A stretch of 64,000 bases of DNA from the human T2T-CHM13v2.0 reference genome, Homo sapiens, in NCBI RefSeq assembly GCF_009914755.1, contig NC_060925.1. The stretch is one strand, 5' to 3'. Positions 1 to 20,879 of this stretch are shown piece after piece; within the stretch, counting starts at the first letter, position 1; each line of letters opens with the position of its first letter. Both the position numbers and the translations under genes were made by a program. The notes under the pieces are model-generated. The model ran no database searches, had not been told where the DNA came from, and saw nothing but the letters and a program-made list of their open reading frames with translations.

Positions 1-480
1 AAAGAAATCAAAGAAGACCTAAATTAAAAGAAAAGGTATACTGTTTTCCTGGTTTGGAAAGCTCAATATTGTTAGGATGTCAATTTGCCCCAAATTAATC
101 TAGAGACTCAATACAACTTCAATTGAAATCCCAGCAGGATTTTTTTGTTGTTAGTAATCAATAAGCCAACTGGAAAATTTATTTGGAAAGGCAAAGGAAC
201 TAGGATAGCCAAAACAATTTTGAAAAAGAACAGAGTTGGAGAACTCACTATCTGATTTTAAAACTCACCATAGGCCAGATGCGGTGGCTTATGCCTATAG
301 TCCCAGCCTCTTGGGGCTGAGGCAGGAGGATCACTTGAGCCGAGGAGGTTGAGGCTGCAGTGATGAGTCCTGATAGTGCCACTGCAGTCCAGCCTGTGCA
401 AGAGTAAGACCCTGTCTAAAAAAATATACCTCACTATAAAGCCACAGTAATCAAGACAGCGTGGTATTGGCAAAAGAATA
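1..480 (+). mobile_element. Old L1M ORF2 fragment interrupted by an Alu monomer (272-425)
   Basis: Starts with KEIKEDLN; gaacagagttggagaactcac and ataaagccacagtaatcaagacagcgtggtattggc are L1 ORF2-like. Confidence 0.8.
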
Positions 481-1456
481 TATACAATTTAAAAGAGTCA
501 ACTTGATTATTCCTAAAAGTAGACTCTCTTCTGAATGAAACTTTAGGTTAATCAGAATCGCTCTCAAAATGGAAAATTAAATGGCTTGGGAAGCCAGGTT
601 CTTCCCAACTCATTTCCTGTTTCTCCTCCTTTCTTCCCTCCTCATCCTGTGTTTTCTCTTACATGAGTGATGACCCCTCCAAACCAGGATCTGATGGGTT
701 ATCCCAGGCTCCTTTCTCCCTACCCGCCCCTTCAGACACCAAGGCTGTGATTCCTGCCTTCTGAGCACCTGCTCTCCACCACCACAGCAGTGGCCCTCGT
801 GAGGCCCCATCATGTCCATCCTGAATCACGGGGCCAGCTTCCCATTGGTCTCCCTGCCTCCAGCCTGGCCCCTCCAGTCCATTCTCCCTACAGCCAGAGC
901 AATCTTCCTAAATCACCCATCCAACCATGTGGCTCTCCTAGCTCCAAGCCTTCTCAATGCTGGGGAACTCCTTGGAGGCAGGAATTCTTTGTCACAGTAG
1001 CCTCAGGACCGAGCCCATGCGTGGTGCCCACGCACACTCAGCGAATGATGATTGAATAAATGCACGTTAATAAAGTAGATGAAGAACTTATTGAAGGAGG
1101 TGCAGGCCCTTCAAAACCTCATTCAGAGAGGTCAAAACACAATGGCTAAGAATGCAAGGAGGAGGCACCAAGGTCTGGATCCCAGCAGTCTCTATTCTCA
1201 TCCAACAATATTGGTTGAATACCTACAATGTACTCAGCACTGTCCTGGGCGCCAGAGATTCATGGAGCTTCTCTGTGGACACAGAGTATTCAACTAATCA
1301 TACAAATGAATGCATCATCACAAATGATAAGACCCTAAGGGAGAATGCTCCATGCTATGAGAGGGTGGGAAATGAGGAAGGGGACTGGAGGCCTGACCCC
1401 ATCTATGGGGTCCAGGAAGGCTTTCCTGTGGAGGTGATCATTAAACTAGACTCTAC

Positions 1457-1770
<314 letters not shown>

Positions 1771-2013
1771 ACTAGACTCTGTGAGGAGGAGAAGTTACTG
1801 GTTGTGGCATTGAGGGAAAGCTTTCCAGCTAGATAGAGGACGATGTCCGAAAGCCCTGAAACTAAAGGAACTAAGATCACTTCCAGGCAGCAAAAGAAGG
1901 GCAGTGTGACTGGAGCCACAGAGTGAAGGGCAGGAGGGCATCAGATGAGACTGAGGAAGGGCAAGGTCTGGATGCTAAAGGAATGAAGGATTTTACCTGG
2001 AGACTGATGATCA

Positions 2014-2745
<732 letters not shown>

Positions 2746-4419
2746 AAAGAAAGTAGCATTCCAGTGTCATGTGGGAAATGGGCTAAGAAAGAGGCAAGAG
2801 TAGGTGCTGAATGCACAGTCAGAAGTCCCAAAGATGAGGAGCCTGGACTCCAGGAGAAGTGGCTGGGACATAGCTTTATTTAGGAGGCAAACTTAATACA
2901 CCTGGGTGATGGGAGTGAAGGGAAGCAATGTCTGGGCATCTAGGAAAATAGCAGTTTTAGGGTTTGGAACCTCCCCTGGGAGGCCTAAGGCATTCTTAGT
3001 CCTCAGTGGTGGTTTCCAGAAGCAAAGTCAACATCACCATTACCAAGTCATTAAGCTATATCTCTTCCTCATGCTCATCGCTGCAATGGCTTTTCTAGAG
3101 AAACTTTCATTGGCTCTCAGCTCATCACTGTCTTTATAGAGAAACAGAATCAGACTTACTATAATATGCATGTCAAATGCTGCTAATGAGGACAATAAGA
3201 TCTGATAGCTTAAACAATTATAACGGACAATATTTGCTATAGATATGTAAGGAAGGGCCTGTTACTTATTATGGAAGCACACAGTCCCAGGCCCTGTGGC
3301 AGGTGCTTTTCCATACATTAATGCAGACAATGCTGTGTACATACAGCAATACACAGGACAGTCGTATGAACAGGGTAGTATTGTTTCCTATTACAGATGT
3401 GGAAGTGAGATCCCAAGGAGGCTAAGTGACTTGCTCAAGACCTCAGAACCAGCAAGTGGCAGAGTCAGGCTTGACCCTAAATACCACCATCTTTCCACCA
3501 CACTACCACACCTCATCTCCAGCTGATCTGGACCATTCTCTGTCACCTGTCCCTTCCTCTCCTTTCCCCTAGAATGCCTTCCTGGCTGACCACTCCCATC
3601 CCAGCCCACCCAGATCTCCAAGTGGCCCCTTCTCCACTTAAGGCTTCCCCTCCCAACCAAACACCAAAAGCACAAAGCCTTCACCATAACTCCTTCCTGT
3701 GAACTGTGGAGTCATTGCCCTTCTCAGAGCACCTATTCTCTGCTGTGTTACTTACCCATTTGTGTATTTACTGTATTCCCACTAATAAACTGCAGACCCC
3801 TTGAAGGCAGGGACTTTGTATGTGTATGGAACATGTTCAGCAATTTGTGGATATGAACCCATGTACAAAATTGATTCAACAGATCAACAAGTTGGTAAAT
3901 GAGGCTGAACCAAATGCATATATGGAGTAAGGAACAGAATAGTTGATTATTTTTATTTAAAATGTTTCTTATAAAATAAACAGAAGACTCATCCAGTACA
4001 CACTAGTATTATGTAATTCCTATGCTGTTTTCCAGGCACATATTAAAGTCATCTAGACCTGTATCCAGAAAGCATTTTAATAAATAGAGGAATGGAATTG
4101 TATTCATGAATAAGTTTGAAATGAATTTTTCAATTAAAAAATCAGTTTTAAGACGTTTAATAGACATCTCGCATAATCCGCTCTTCAAAGACATTTTATT
4201 TCTTTTATGAAACCAAACTTACCTTACTGCATCCCAAATTCAAACACTCATGCAATGTTACAGTTAGAAGGGAACTTCAAAATCATTCAGTCCAATTCTT
4301 TGATTTTTCAGTCGAAATAGATAAGTGATGTGAAATCTTAGCTGAAGTTCACAGAGCTAGATAGTGCCAGAGATAAGACTAGAACTCATTATTTCCGAAA
4401 CCCAACTCTCAGAGACAGC

Positions 4420-4904
4420 TGGAAGCCTACCTTTATATTCATCCTTTCATTTTTCTCCAGTAGCAGAACCCCAATTCTATTAATGGGTTACAATCAACCT
4501 CTAAAAGACATTTCCTAGACTCCCTTGCAACCAGATGTGGCCATGGGACCACTTTGGCCAATGAGATGCTAAGCGTTAAGTATGTGCACTTTCAGGAAGT
4601 GTTCCTAAAAGGGAGGGAGGATGCTATTTTCCCTCCCCTTCCTTCTTCCTGTTGCCTGGAAGGAAGGCATGAAGGCTGTGGTTCCAGGAGCCATGTGGGA
4701 CCACAAGAGTCAGGACCACACCTTGGGGCTGGCTACGTGGAGAGCTAGAATGAGCCTGAATCCCTGATAACCTCAGGGAGTCACCATAGCCATTCTGGAC
4801 AGCCTATTTCTGGATCTTCTTTTATGTGAGAAAAAAAAAATAACTGTGTCACTTAAATCACCATTATTCTGAGTTTTCATTTACATGCAGCCAGACTTAA
4901 CTAA

Positions 4905-4905
<1 letters not shown>
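4420..4905. mobile_element. Old MLT1-type MaLR LTR (boundaries approximate)
   Basis: Motifs tcccttgcaaccagatgtggccatg...ggccaatgagatg and ttacatgcagcc. Confidence 0.65.
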
Positions 4906-6070
<1,165 letters not shown>

Positions 6071-6316
6071 AGTCTGTGCCCTTTTAACTATGTCACTTTG
6101 CCTCTAATTGGAATCCAGGTGCATTTGCTCCATGCACAAATATTACTATTGGAGCCGCTTGCTATCCCTGTGAAAGCTTGCTAAATATTTGCTGACAACA
6201 AAGATAAGCCAGCTTCTTCTTATCAGTTAACTGAGAAGATCTAAAAGGCAATAAGGTTTTCTATTCTAATAGTCATTATATCGTTAATAACAACCACAAG
6301 ACATTAAACATTTTGA

Positions 6317-6722
<406 letters not shown>

Positions 6723-8515
6723 AAGCCTTTTCTTACTATTCTCATATCACCTCCTCAGTGAGAAGAGGAGGGTCAAATTGACCACTCATTGTCCAGTGAC
6801 GAACACAATTGTCTTCTCTTAACACTCTAGCTTTATGGAAAATCCTGGTGGTTAATTTTAAAATACAAATAAAAGTCCACTAAAACAGATTTATCTTTTC
6901 ATTCACAAACAGTCTATATCTTTTCAAGTTAAGAGGTTTTCAGTTGGCCTTGTAAACTGAAATAATAAATCTCTTAGTAAACTCTACTCACTAAAGAGGT
7001 CTTAAGCTCAGGACATTTTTTTGAAACAACGCACTCCTAATATTTGTTTTCATCTGGAGAAGGAGCAAAGCCTGACAGAACACCCCAGGTTCCATTTTCA
7101 AAGAAGACCAAGAAGCAACACCTAGCTTCTTCAAGCAGATAGTGGCTGAATTTTGAAAAAAAAAAAAAAAAAAAAAGTCAATCTCTAAGATTTTGCTTCA
7201 AAAATACATACTCCTCTCATACATTTTTGGCGATTGCTGCTTCAAGCTGCTAAAATAGTTCTCCTTTGGGGGAAAAAAATATAGCTCTCAAGAAACTCGA
7301 GTTTGGTTTTGAAGACATATCTCCCTGTATATGAATCTGTCTCTTCTAGCTGTGTATCCTTAGGCACATCATTTCACTTCTCCTCCCCTCAAGCTCCTCT
7401 GAAGTAACCTCACAACGACCCTGGAGGATAGATTGCTGTTAAAGATAATGCCTGTAAAATGAGGAACACAGGGTCCAGCACATAGTAAGTGCTCAATAAA
7501 TAGTAGTTACTGTCACTCCATAAGCAACTAGCCACACAGAAGCCTACTCAAGTCATCAGCACTTTTCAATATACTATATGCAAATAATTCATTGTGTAGA
7601 ACATTTGGAAAATATAGAGAAGTATGACTAAAAAAATAACCCACCAGTACTGTGAATAAAACCTCCCCCAAACCAAAGAGAAATGGTGTGGACAGCAGAC
7701 AACTTTTCCTCTAACCACTTTGAAATAGTGACCTCTGCTGGCCAGTGGAAAACACAAGCCTTCCAATCACCTCTTCCATGATTGAGCAAGGGTTGAGTGA
7801 GCCAGGCTTGGTCCTTGTCCCTAGAACAAAAACCAGGTGTTGCATTACAAGGGACAGAAATCGTCACAAGGGTTACCACGATGTAATTGGGATGTTAACA
7901 GAATTAAAGGCCAGTCTTTCCATTTGCTCATCCGCCCAGAAGATTCTTTTTTCAAGCCCCATAGTCTCTTATTTTTAAAATGTCATAATTGCATGCAAAT
8001 GTTCCAGCAGAAAAACAACGCAAGGGGCATTAAAAATCAATCTTCCATGTAAGCCTCAGATTTTCCAGCATGAAGATCCAAAAGCAAAAGTGGTGACAAA
8101 TGTGAGGAAAACAGAGTGAAAAAGTCAGAACGCATCATTAAGAATGTTACAACAAAAGGAGGGAAAAAAAATCTCTGGGAGCACATGTCTGATTCAGCTG
8201 GGGTGAACAGCCAACTACAAAGAAGGCTTTAAAAACCCTGCAAACTTCTTACAGATAGGGCCCAGAAATCCAATTAGGACCTAGTCAGGAGTCTTTTCTT
8301 CAAGGAGAAGTGTGCCTGATGGAGGAGGCCGCTCAAGAGACTACTGACTGGAATATTCAGATGTAAAACACATTCCCACCTCTTAAGGTAGGAAATAAAA
8401 CAGAAGTTTGAAACTGGCAGTAATAGGCTATGTAGTTTAGTTTGACATTCATTGTTTTGTTTTGAATTAATTAGTTGCCAACACTTCAAAAAGGGAGATT
8501 TTGTATCGAAATGCA

Positions 8516-8829
8516 ATTTTTTTTTTTGACTGGGTCTCACTCTGTTGCCCAGGCTGGAATGCAGCGGTGTGAACATGGCTTACTGCAGCCTTGCCTCCCC
8601 CAACCCCACCCCACCCCACCCCACCACAGACTCAAGTGATCCTCCTGCCTCAGCCTCCTGAGTACCTGGGACTACAGGCACACGCCACCATTCCCAGCTA
8701 CTTTTTGTAGTTTTTGTAGAGACAAGGTTTCGCCATGTTGCCCAGGCTGGTCTCCAACTCCTGGGCTCAAGCAGTCCTCCAGCCTCGGCCTCCCAAAGTC
8801 CTGGGATTAAAGGCATGAGCCGCCTGGCC
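8516..8829 (-). mobile_element. AluJ with an internal (CCCCA)n insertion
   Basis: Antisense Alu consensus. Confidence 0.85.
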
Positions 8830-9327
8830 TCGTTCTTGTAAACAAATAGGGAGCTCTAGCCACACTGGGCCAGCACTCTCCCATAGCAACAACAGCAGCT
8901 GGGGCCAAGCAGCAACAGCAGCCTTCCACACGCTCTCCAGTATGCTGTTCCCTGACCAGCTGGCCTCACTCACCTCATCAATTGTCTGGCTTTTGTGAAC
9001 ACTTAAGTCTAAGACCCTGGGTGTGTAACAGCTCCAAGACACTGATGATGAGGAGTTCCATTCAGTCCAAACAAATATCAACTGTGTACAAGGTACTTTA
9101 ATAGGCACTAGGGATATAAAGAGAAAGACACGATCCCTAAATCCAAAGAACTCATAGACCTTTGGAAAAGAGGGCAAGCCAATTCACACTAATCATACAT
9201 TATGACATGTGTATTGGAAAGGTACAAAAGTGGTAAAAACTAAAGGGATTAAATCAATTTTCTAGCTTTTTGAGACACTTACCTCACTGACGTCCAGCCT
9301 TTCTTCTTTTCTAACATATGCACTTAA

Positions 9328-9748
<421 letters not shown>

Positions 9749-9855
9749 TGATTTAAAATGTACCTTACTTTCAAAACATATGGAATGCTCTAATTATCAT
9801 TTAAAATTGATCTCTACTTCAATTGCCTTATAGACACAATTTTAAATGATGTTAA

Positions 9856-10455
<600 letters not shown>

Positions 10456-11062
10456 TGAATTTTTATATGTATACACCCCCATAACTCAAATCAATATATG
10501 GACGTTTCCAGCACCTCAGAAGTTTTCCTCATGCCCTTCCACAAAGTCAATATACTGCCTCCTTCCCCATTACCACTACTTTGACTTCTATCACCATTAA
10601 ATTCCACCTGTTCTCAATATGCATATAAATGTCATCATACATTAGATATTCCTTTGTGTCTGGCTTCTTTGGCTTAGTGTCTGTGAGCTCCATTCACATT
10701 GTTACATTTAGCAGTAGTTCATTCTTTTGATTGCTAAGTAACATTGCACCGTAAAAGTATAGCACACTTTATTCTACTGTTGATGAACATTTCAATTGTC
10801 TCTCATTGGGGACTATTGTGAAAACTCCTGCTTAGAGGCATCCTAGTAAACATGACTTTTGGTGGGCATATGCACTCATTTCTCTTGGACATTTACCAAT
10901 TAGCAGAACCGATAGGTCACAGGGTAGGCACATGTTTAGCTTTAGTAGATATTGCCCATTTTTTCCCTCCTTCCAGCAATTATATGAGAGTTTTAGTTGT
11001 TCTACATCCTCATCAACACCCGTTATTATCAATCCTTTTATTTTTAGCCTTTGTAATGGGTG

Positions 11063-13673
<2,611 letters not shown>

Positions 13674-13974
13674 GGGTATGTAGTGGTGTCTCATTACATT
13701 TTAAGTTTGTATTTTCCTAATAACTAAGGGTGCTTATTTCTCTTACAGGCCATTGGGATAAACTCTTTTGAAGCATCTGTTCATCTTTTGCCCATACTGC
13801 TTTATGTACTTAGAGGTTACAGAAGTTGCATTAACATTTAGAACTGTATCATATTGGCCAGGCACAGTGGCTCACGCCTGTAATCCCAGCACTTTGGGAG
13901 GCTGAGGCGGGCAGATCACGAGGTCAGGAGATCGAGACCATCCTGGCTAACACAGTGAAACCCTGTCTCTACTA

Positions 13975-14172
<198 letters not shown>

Positions 14173-16890
14173 TTAAATGAACCTTTTTTAAAAAATCTTT
14201 TATTATTTTGAGGTGTCCCTATTTATCTCTAGTAAGGCTTTCTGTCTTAAAGTGTACTTTGTCAAAAACTTACATAGCTATACCAGCTTTCATTTAGTGT
14301 TTGCATGTTTATCTTTTCCTATCCTTTTACTTTCAACGTATCTATCCTTATAATGAAATCTCTCAGCTATTGTTGAAATCTCTCAGGTATTGTTTGTCTG
14401 AAAAAAAAGTCTTTATTTCCCCACCATTTTAAAAGATTAATGCTGGGTATAAAATTCTAGGTTAGTAGAGTCCTTTCGGCACTTTAAAATGTCCATTTCG
14501 TTGTCTTCAGTTGTTTTTGTTGAGAATTGCTGCTCATTTGAAAGTGGCCTTTGGCCAGGCACAATGGCTTACACCTGTAATCCCAGCACTTTGGGAGGCA
14601 GAGGCGGGATCACTTGAGCCCAGGAGTTCGAGATCAGCCTGGGAAACATGGTGAGAACCTGTTCCTACAAAAAATTTAAAAATTAGCCAGGCACGGGGGC
14701 ACATGCCTATAGTCCCAGCTACTAGGGGCCTTAGGTGAGAGGACTGCTTGAGCCTGGGAGGTCAAGGCTGCAGTGAGCCAAGATCATGTCACTACACTCC
14801 AGCCTGGGTAACAGAGCGAGACCCTGTCTCAAAAATAAAATAAAAGTGGTCTTTTTTTCTCTCTACTTTGAAGACTTTGTCTTTGGTTTTTAGTGCCTTT
14901 ACTATGATGTAGCTCAGTGTGGGTTCTTTTTATTTATCTGTTTAGGGCTCATAAAGCTTTTTCAATCTGTGGCTTGATGTCTCAAGTTTGGAAAGTTCTC
15001 TGTTTCGTATCTTCAAAACTGCTTCTGTTCCATTAGATCTCCCTCTCCTTCCAGGATTCCAATTACACTTATACATTTTCTCACTGTATCATCTATTTTA
15101 ATCTATCTTCTGTATTTTAATATTTTTGACTTTCAAAGCTTTATTCTGGATAGTTTCTTCTGACCTATCTTCAGTCATTTTCTTCAGCTATGTCTAATCT
15201 GCCATTAAATCTACCCATTGACCTCTTATTTTTAGTTATCCTGTTTCTGTTCTAGAATTTCTCCATGGTTCATTATCAAATTTTATATAAATGGCTTATA
15301 AGTACCTAACCACAAATTATATATGTAAATATGTAGCTTCCAGTTCTCTAATGAATTAGAATTTTTAGTCTCATTGAATATAGCAGTAATAACTATTTTA
15401 AAATCTCCGATAACTCTCTCATGCAGAGTCCCTATGGATCAATCTATTGTCGATTGCTTTTGTTGGTTCTCATTCATGTTATGCTGTCTCTTCCTGAGCC
15501 TGGCTACTTTTAATGGTGTGTAGAACTGTATTTGAAAATTTGTTTATAGATATAATGAAGGCCTATGGTGTTGTGTTCCTCAGAAAGGATTTATTTAGCT
15601 TCTGCCAGGGCCTGGAAATACTGGCAAACAGATAATCTCAATCCAATTTAATGAGGATTCTCCCTCAATTAGTTTATGGCATCTACTTCCTCTTCATCCT
15701 TCCTCCTAAGGTGAAGCACTTTGGGGTCCCAACCCAAGGCAAGGGGATTTGCCAGCTCCTCTTTGCAGGCCTTGAATCCCAAATTTTGTCCTCTATCCTG
15801 GGAGGCTCTGGGAACTGCCCCTACTCTCCATCTCATCCTGATCAACAAAGGTAGGTTTGTAGAAGCTATGTTGGCACACCATGGCCTTGCCCCTCACGCC
15901 TAATTAGACCCTTGGATATTTCATCCATTTAGGCTAATCTCTTTCAATCAGGAATTTGGTTGGTATTCAGAACTAGCTGGTCAGTCTCTTATTACATTGT
16001 AAACTCGGGAGCTGGATGGAGTGGCAGAAAGCAAGGAGGGAGAATAAAACGTATGTGCAGAAAACAGCTGAGAAGGAGACCATGAGAGCTCTTCAGATTC
16101 TTTCTGGGGTCTGGAACCTACACTTGTGCTCACCAAAACTTTCCTGTGCCCTCAGAATCAACTCTCCTTTCTATGCTTAACCTAATTGAGGTAGAGGTTG
16201 TGTCCTTGCAACCAAACATCATAATACAGTTAGGAAGAGACTAGCGTTTAATATTTTTTTTAAGACTACACACCACTCTTACTAATGGCTTGAGAGGTAA
16301 AAGGATAAACCAACTAAGAGTCAACATATCTTCAAACGACTATCAAGGTAAAAATCTGATTCAGAGGTCACCTTCCAGTGTTTCTCTGCCAGGCATTCCA
16401 TGGGACTTCCAGAACCACTTTACCAACAGAATCACTTATAAGGCACACTCAAAATCTGGTAAAATACATGTGAGCAGGGAGAGCATGACCACTTGAGGGC
16501 GGTCCAGCCACACAGCTCTGCAAAATGAGGTGGGTGACAAAGTGGGCTAGCACCAGGACATCTAAGGACATGCTATGGTTAATGATAATGACGGTTAAGC
16601 TCATTCTAAAGAATGGGAAGTTTTTGCCAAAAAGATAGAAATTCAGGTAAAGGGAACACGCACCAGCACAGAATGGTGTGGAAAGGCAACCCATGTCATG
16701 TCACTGCTGCAACTTCAAGATAAGTATCTGAACACCTGAACATTGCTCAGCATTCTTGCATTACCTAGAGATTTAACTGTACTCTTCAAGCTTTTCAATA
16801 ACTGAATCAGATAGAAGAACTCTACAGCGAATGATAGTTCATATTGCTTCAGACACTCATCTGAGAGAACACATTAGCAATCCACTAGAA

Positions 16891-17378
16891 CACTGGTTCT
16901 CAAAGTATGGTCTCAGGACTAGCAGCATCAGCATCACCTGGTGATGTGTCAGAAATGCAAATTATTGGGCCCTACCCTAGACTTACTGAATCAGAAACTC
17001 TAGGCTGGGTGCCATGGCTCACACCTGTAATCCCAGCACTTTGGGAGGCTGAGGTGGGTGGATTGCTTAAGCACAGGAGTTTGATACCAGCCTGGGCAAT
17101 AGTGGGACATTGTGTCTACAAAAAATAGAGAATATGGCCAGGCGTGGTGGTGTGCACTATGATCCTAGCTACATGGGAGGCTGAAGTGGGAGGATTGCTT
17201 GAGCCTGAGAGGTCAAGGCTACAGTGGGCCAGGATCATGTCACTGCACTCCAGCCTGGGTGACAGAGAAAAAGAACCTGTGGAAGGATGGAAGGAAGGAA
17301 AAGAAACTCTGGAGGTGGGGCCAGTAAATCTGTTTTAATAAGCTCCTCAAGAGATTCTGATACATGCTAAAGTATGAT
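16891..17378 (+). mobile_element. MER5A-type MITE split by an AluJ (17003-17280)
   Basis: gttctcaaagt...agcagcatcagcatcacctgg...gaatcagaaactct [Alu] agaaactctggaggtgggg. Confidence 0.8.
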
Positions 17379-18324
17379 CTAGAATAAACCCTTCTCATAA
17401 TGTGATTCTGCTTAGACTTTTATTAAAAACTACATCTCTTGGGAACCAGCTGAGACCTCTTGAAGCAAAATCTGCACTATCGTGGAGCCCAGATTCTACA
17501 TAGCTACTAAGCCCTCCTGGTGATTCCGATGCACAGTGGGTTTCAAATACCCCATTAGATTATAAACTCCTTGAGAGCAGGGACTGTCTTGTTCAGTTTA
17601 TTTCTAATTGTTGTGCCATAAGAGACACTCAGTGAATGTTTGTGAATGATCAGCTAGTTCCACATCAACCTGCCCATCACGACAGCAACTTGTGCCAAGG
17701 CTGCTTAGGAGCATGGCAGAACTGTAGAGGTATGTGTTTATCCATCCCCTTTCTTGCCCCTCAAAACAATAAAGATTTTGCTTACTTAAAAATGGCCAGC
17801 AGCTTGGTAAGCATAGCTGGATTGTTAACTGATGAATGAAAGCCATCTTTGTTTTAAGCTATTTGGTTGTAAAGAAAGGTAACTATGGCTTGGGAGAGCT
17901 AGAAGGGGTTTGAGGTACCTCAACTACCTAGAGGTGAAGTTCAGATTAATTTAAGTAACGTTGACAGACGTAACTGTTAGCCTAGGGGAATACGATCCAT
18001 TTGGAAACACTATTGCAAGAAAAGAAACTTCTGTTAAGAGATGGCTTTGAGCACCTCCACCCTTTGTTTAGTTTTGTCAGCCAAGACAACAAAGAATGAG
18101 ACTTTCTGAATTCAGGCTCCTTAGAGTTACCATGAAACCCACCAAATCAGTCTAGGTTAAGGGCAAAAGCTGACTTCTCAAGAAGTTCAACTCTTTCTGG
18201 TTTTATAAGCAACAACTCTGAGACTAAATTGAAATGATTCAGGAAACATCACCACCACCACCCCCCCGCCCAGAAATTAAATAATTGACCTTATAAACAC
18301 ACATATTTCAATTAACTGTTCCAT

Positions 18325-20815
18325 TTTTTTAAATTGCCAATTTATTTTTCTACCCAATCCAGTATCAACGATATACAAAAGGATATAAACAGACTATCAT
18401 GAATATTTACAGGATGACACACCAAACAATTACCAAGGAACAAATCCTGCAAAGTAACAAATTGTTGCTTATCCATGTCCACTCAACTGTACAAGGTTTA
18501 TTTCTAGGACAATTTCCCAGTTCTCTGGGAAGGAAGTTCTGTGGATTTATACCTTCCATAAGGGTCAAGCAAACATGCTAAGAGCTGATACCATCATGTT
18601 TTTATACTAACAGCCGAGAAAGGCTTTTAAAGAACACTCTCTTTCAGGCCAATGTTACAGCATTAGTGGGCTCATAGACAGGATGTGACTTCATCAAAGG
18701 AAATGCTTCTCTCCTCTTGGTCTCCCTAAGGTCCTCCTCCTAGTACACAGGAGGAGTTCCCCATAATAACACCCTGGTTCCAACAGATGGTGTGTAGATT
18801 ATCAACACACAATGAGAAAAAGAAACTGACCCCCTTACCTACCAAATACAATACAGATCTGGGGAGGCAGTTTCCAGATCTTCAACAGGCAGACACTATG
18901 TGGCCTGTATTTAGTACACAGCACATTCTCTTAAGAGAAAACAGGAATGAACATTCTCAGAAACATTCACATTGCTCATCAAATGTAGCTTTACCCAAAG
19001 TATATAGGAAATGGCAAAAACCTAACCTAGCTGGACATTTTATACAAGTAAGTCAAAGTTCAAAGGAATCATCCTATCTTTATTCTCAGAAATCCAATGT
19101 TGAATATCACAGTTCTTCTTTAATGGAAGCAGAAGATTCAGAGTCCTTGTCTCCCAAAATGCCTCAGCCAGGGTCAGCACAGAGAGTGGAATATAAAAAG
19201 CTTAATTGTGTTAATACATGGAAGACAACAGTTCTCAGTCAACCTAGCCACAATTTTCTGTCTTGGCCATCTGTAAGAAATGACTACGTTTGAAATTCAA
19301 CTTTCACATTCAAAAAAAAGAAATCAATTCAGCTTCAGACACAAAGCAAAACCAAAACAAAAAAACAAATGGCAATAGTCTACATATCTAAACACTTGAC
19401 AATTGGGGAACTGTCCCACAGTGATATGCTCAAGGCCAGTAGCACCTATTTATAATTTGGCATGTACTGCTTGAAGGGGCAACAGGACCCGGAGCTAAAA
19501 TATTCAATTATAAAGATATAATACATCGATGAATCAGACAAAAGTAGACATATATGATACCACATTAAAGATTCATATACAGTACTGTGCTGACTTTAAA
19601 GAAAATATTTTGGGACACTAGAAGGAAAAGACAATAGGAAAAGAATTACAAAGGAGCATTTCAGTCCAAAGCCAGTCCAGTGAATATCTATGACTAGGAT
19701 TTCCAATCTTTGATCTCCAAAGAAGCTGATCTAATAAATTCTAACAATACTTCGTTCACATTTGGGACACACAACATACTTCCAAGTACAGTAATCCCTC
19801 TGACGTTTTGGTTTCACTTGCTATTTGATGACTAAGTTGTTTCTGGCTATAAAGATCTTCCTATTTTAATTAGCCATTTAACACTACAGAGGCTGCTCCC
19901 TTTGAGAGACCAGACAAGTTTCACAGAATTTGATCTAATGAAGATGAATGGTGGGGAAAAAAGGGAACATTTCCTGGGTTTTTTTGCAAACCTTTTTCTC
20001 TTGCTTGAAAAACTCTGCAATCACTTAATGTTTTGCTCCAGAAAAAGAAAGCAAAACTAGCTGGGAAAATACCCATACATTAATACTTCGTGTTTACTAG
20101 CATGATACAAAATAAATTCATAGATGTCAGTCAATTGTTTCTTAAAGACCAAATGTGAATTTTTAATCTTGTAACTTAAGAACTGAGTTTTTCCACATTC
20201 CTTTATATAGAGTTAGCATCTGTAAACTGAGACCCTTTTTTGGGTAATCATACAAATTTAATTTGTCCCTGGAAACAAAAACCCAACCTAACAGATTAAC
20301 AAAATATGTCCGTTAGACAATATTTTTTGTGAATATTGCTGCACTGTTACCATTTTTATCCTTCAGTAAATGAAACTACACTTAAAAAGTTTATGTATTT
20401 TGAGTTTACAAAGAGCTAAACTCTTAATTAAGAAGACTATGAAATCAACCTATACTCATTTCAGAACTGGCTTCCCTCCTTTCAAAAGTAAATTCTAAAA
20501 GTTTTTTAGTTATTACTATTAAGTTATATGAGCTAGAGACATTTCGACTGCCATCAATGCTTCTGTAAAATTGAATAAAGATTTTATTATACCACACACA
20601 CAAAAAGCAATCGGTACAGAAAAGGCAGTTTTCAGTTATTCTGTTGAGAATTTCTTTCCATGATTTCTCCCATTAAAGTATAGTTTTCAAAGCAACCACC
20701 ACGACAAAGGAAGCATCTAATTAGTCCGTTTTCTTCTGATCCAAGAATGCTGAACATTTACTGTCCCATCTGTAGTTGTATCAGCAGTGTAATGAACACA
20801 GTTTATATTACTTAA
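18325..20815 (-). other. NDC1: NDC1 3'UTR (~2.5 kb, no obvious interspersed repeat, AU-rich)
   Basis: Unique sequence running from the stop codon to an AATAAA. Confidence 0.85.
18341..18346 (-). terminator. Distal polyadenylation signal AATAAA of NDC1
   Basis: tttatt on +; upstream UGUA motifs (~18374, 18408); downstream GU-rich element atgtgtgttt at ~18295-18304. Confidence 0.8.
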
Positions 20816-20879
20816 CTATTCTTTGAACTCCAAGAACTGTTGAAGTCTTTTCTGATGTTCTGCAGATGCTTGCACAGCA
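20816..20879 (-). CDS. NDC1: NDC1 terminal coding exon (probably exon 18): (N)AVQASAEHQKRLQQFLEFKE*
   Basis: Acceptor ttcatttag|T; TAG stop at 20816-20818. Confidence 0.95.

Noticed and set aside
18787-19293. 168-aa plus-strand ORF antisense to the NDC1 3'UTR
   Set aside because: No recognisable homology, promoter or splice context; compatible with a chance ORF.
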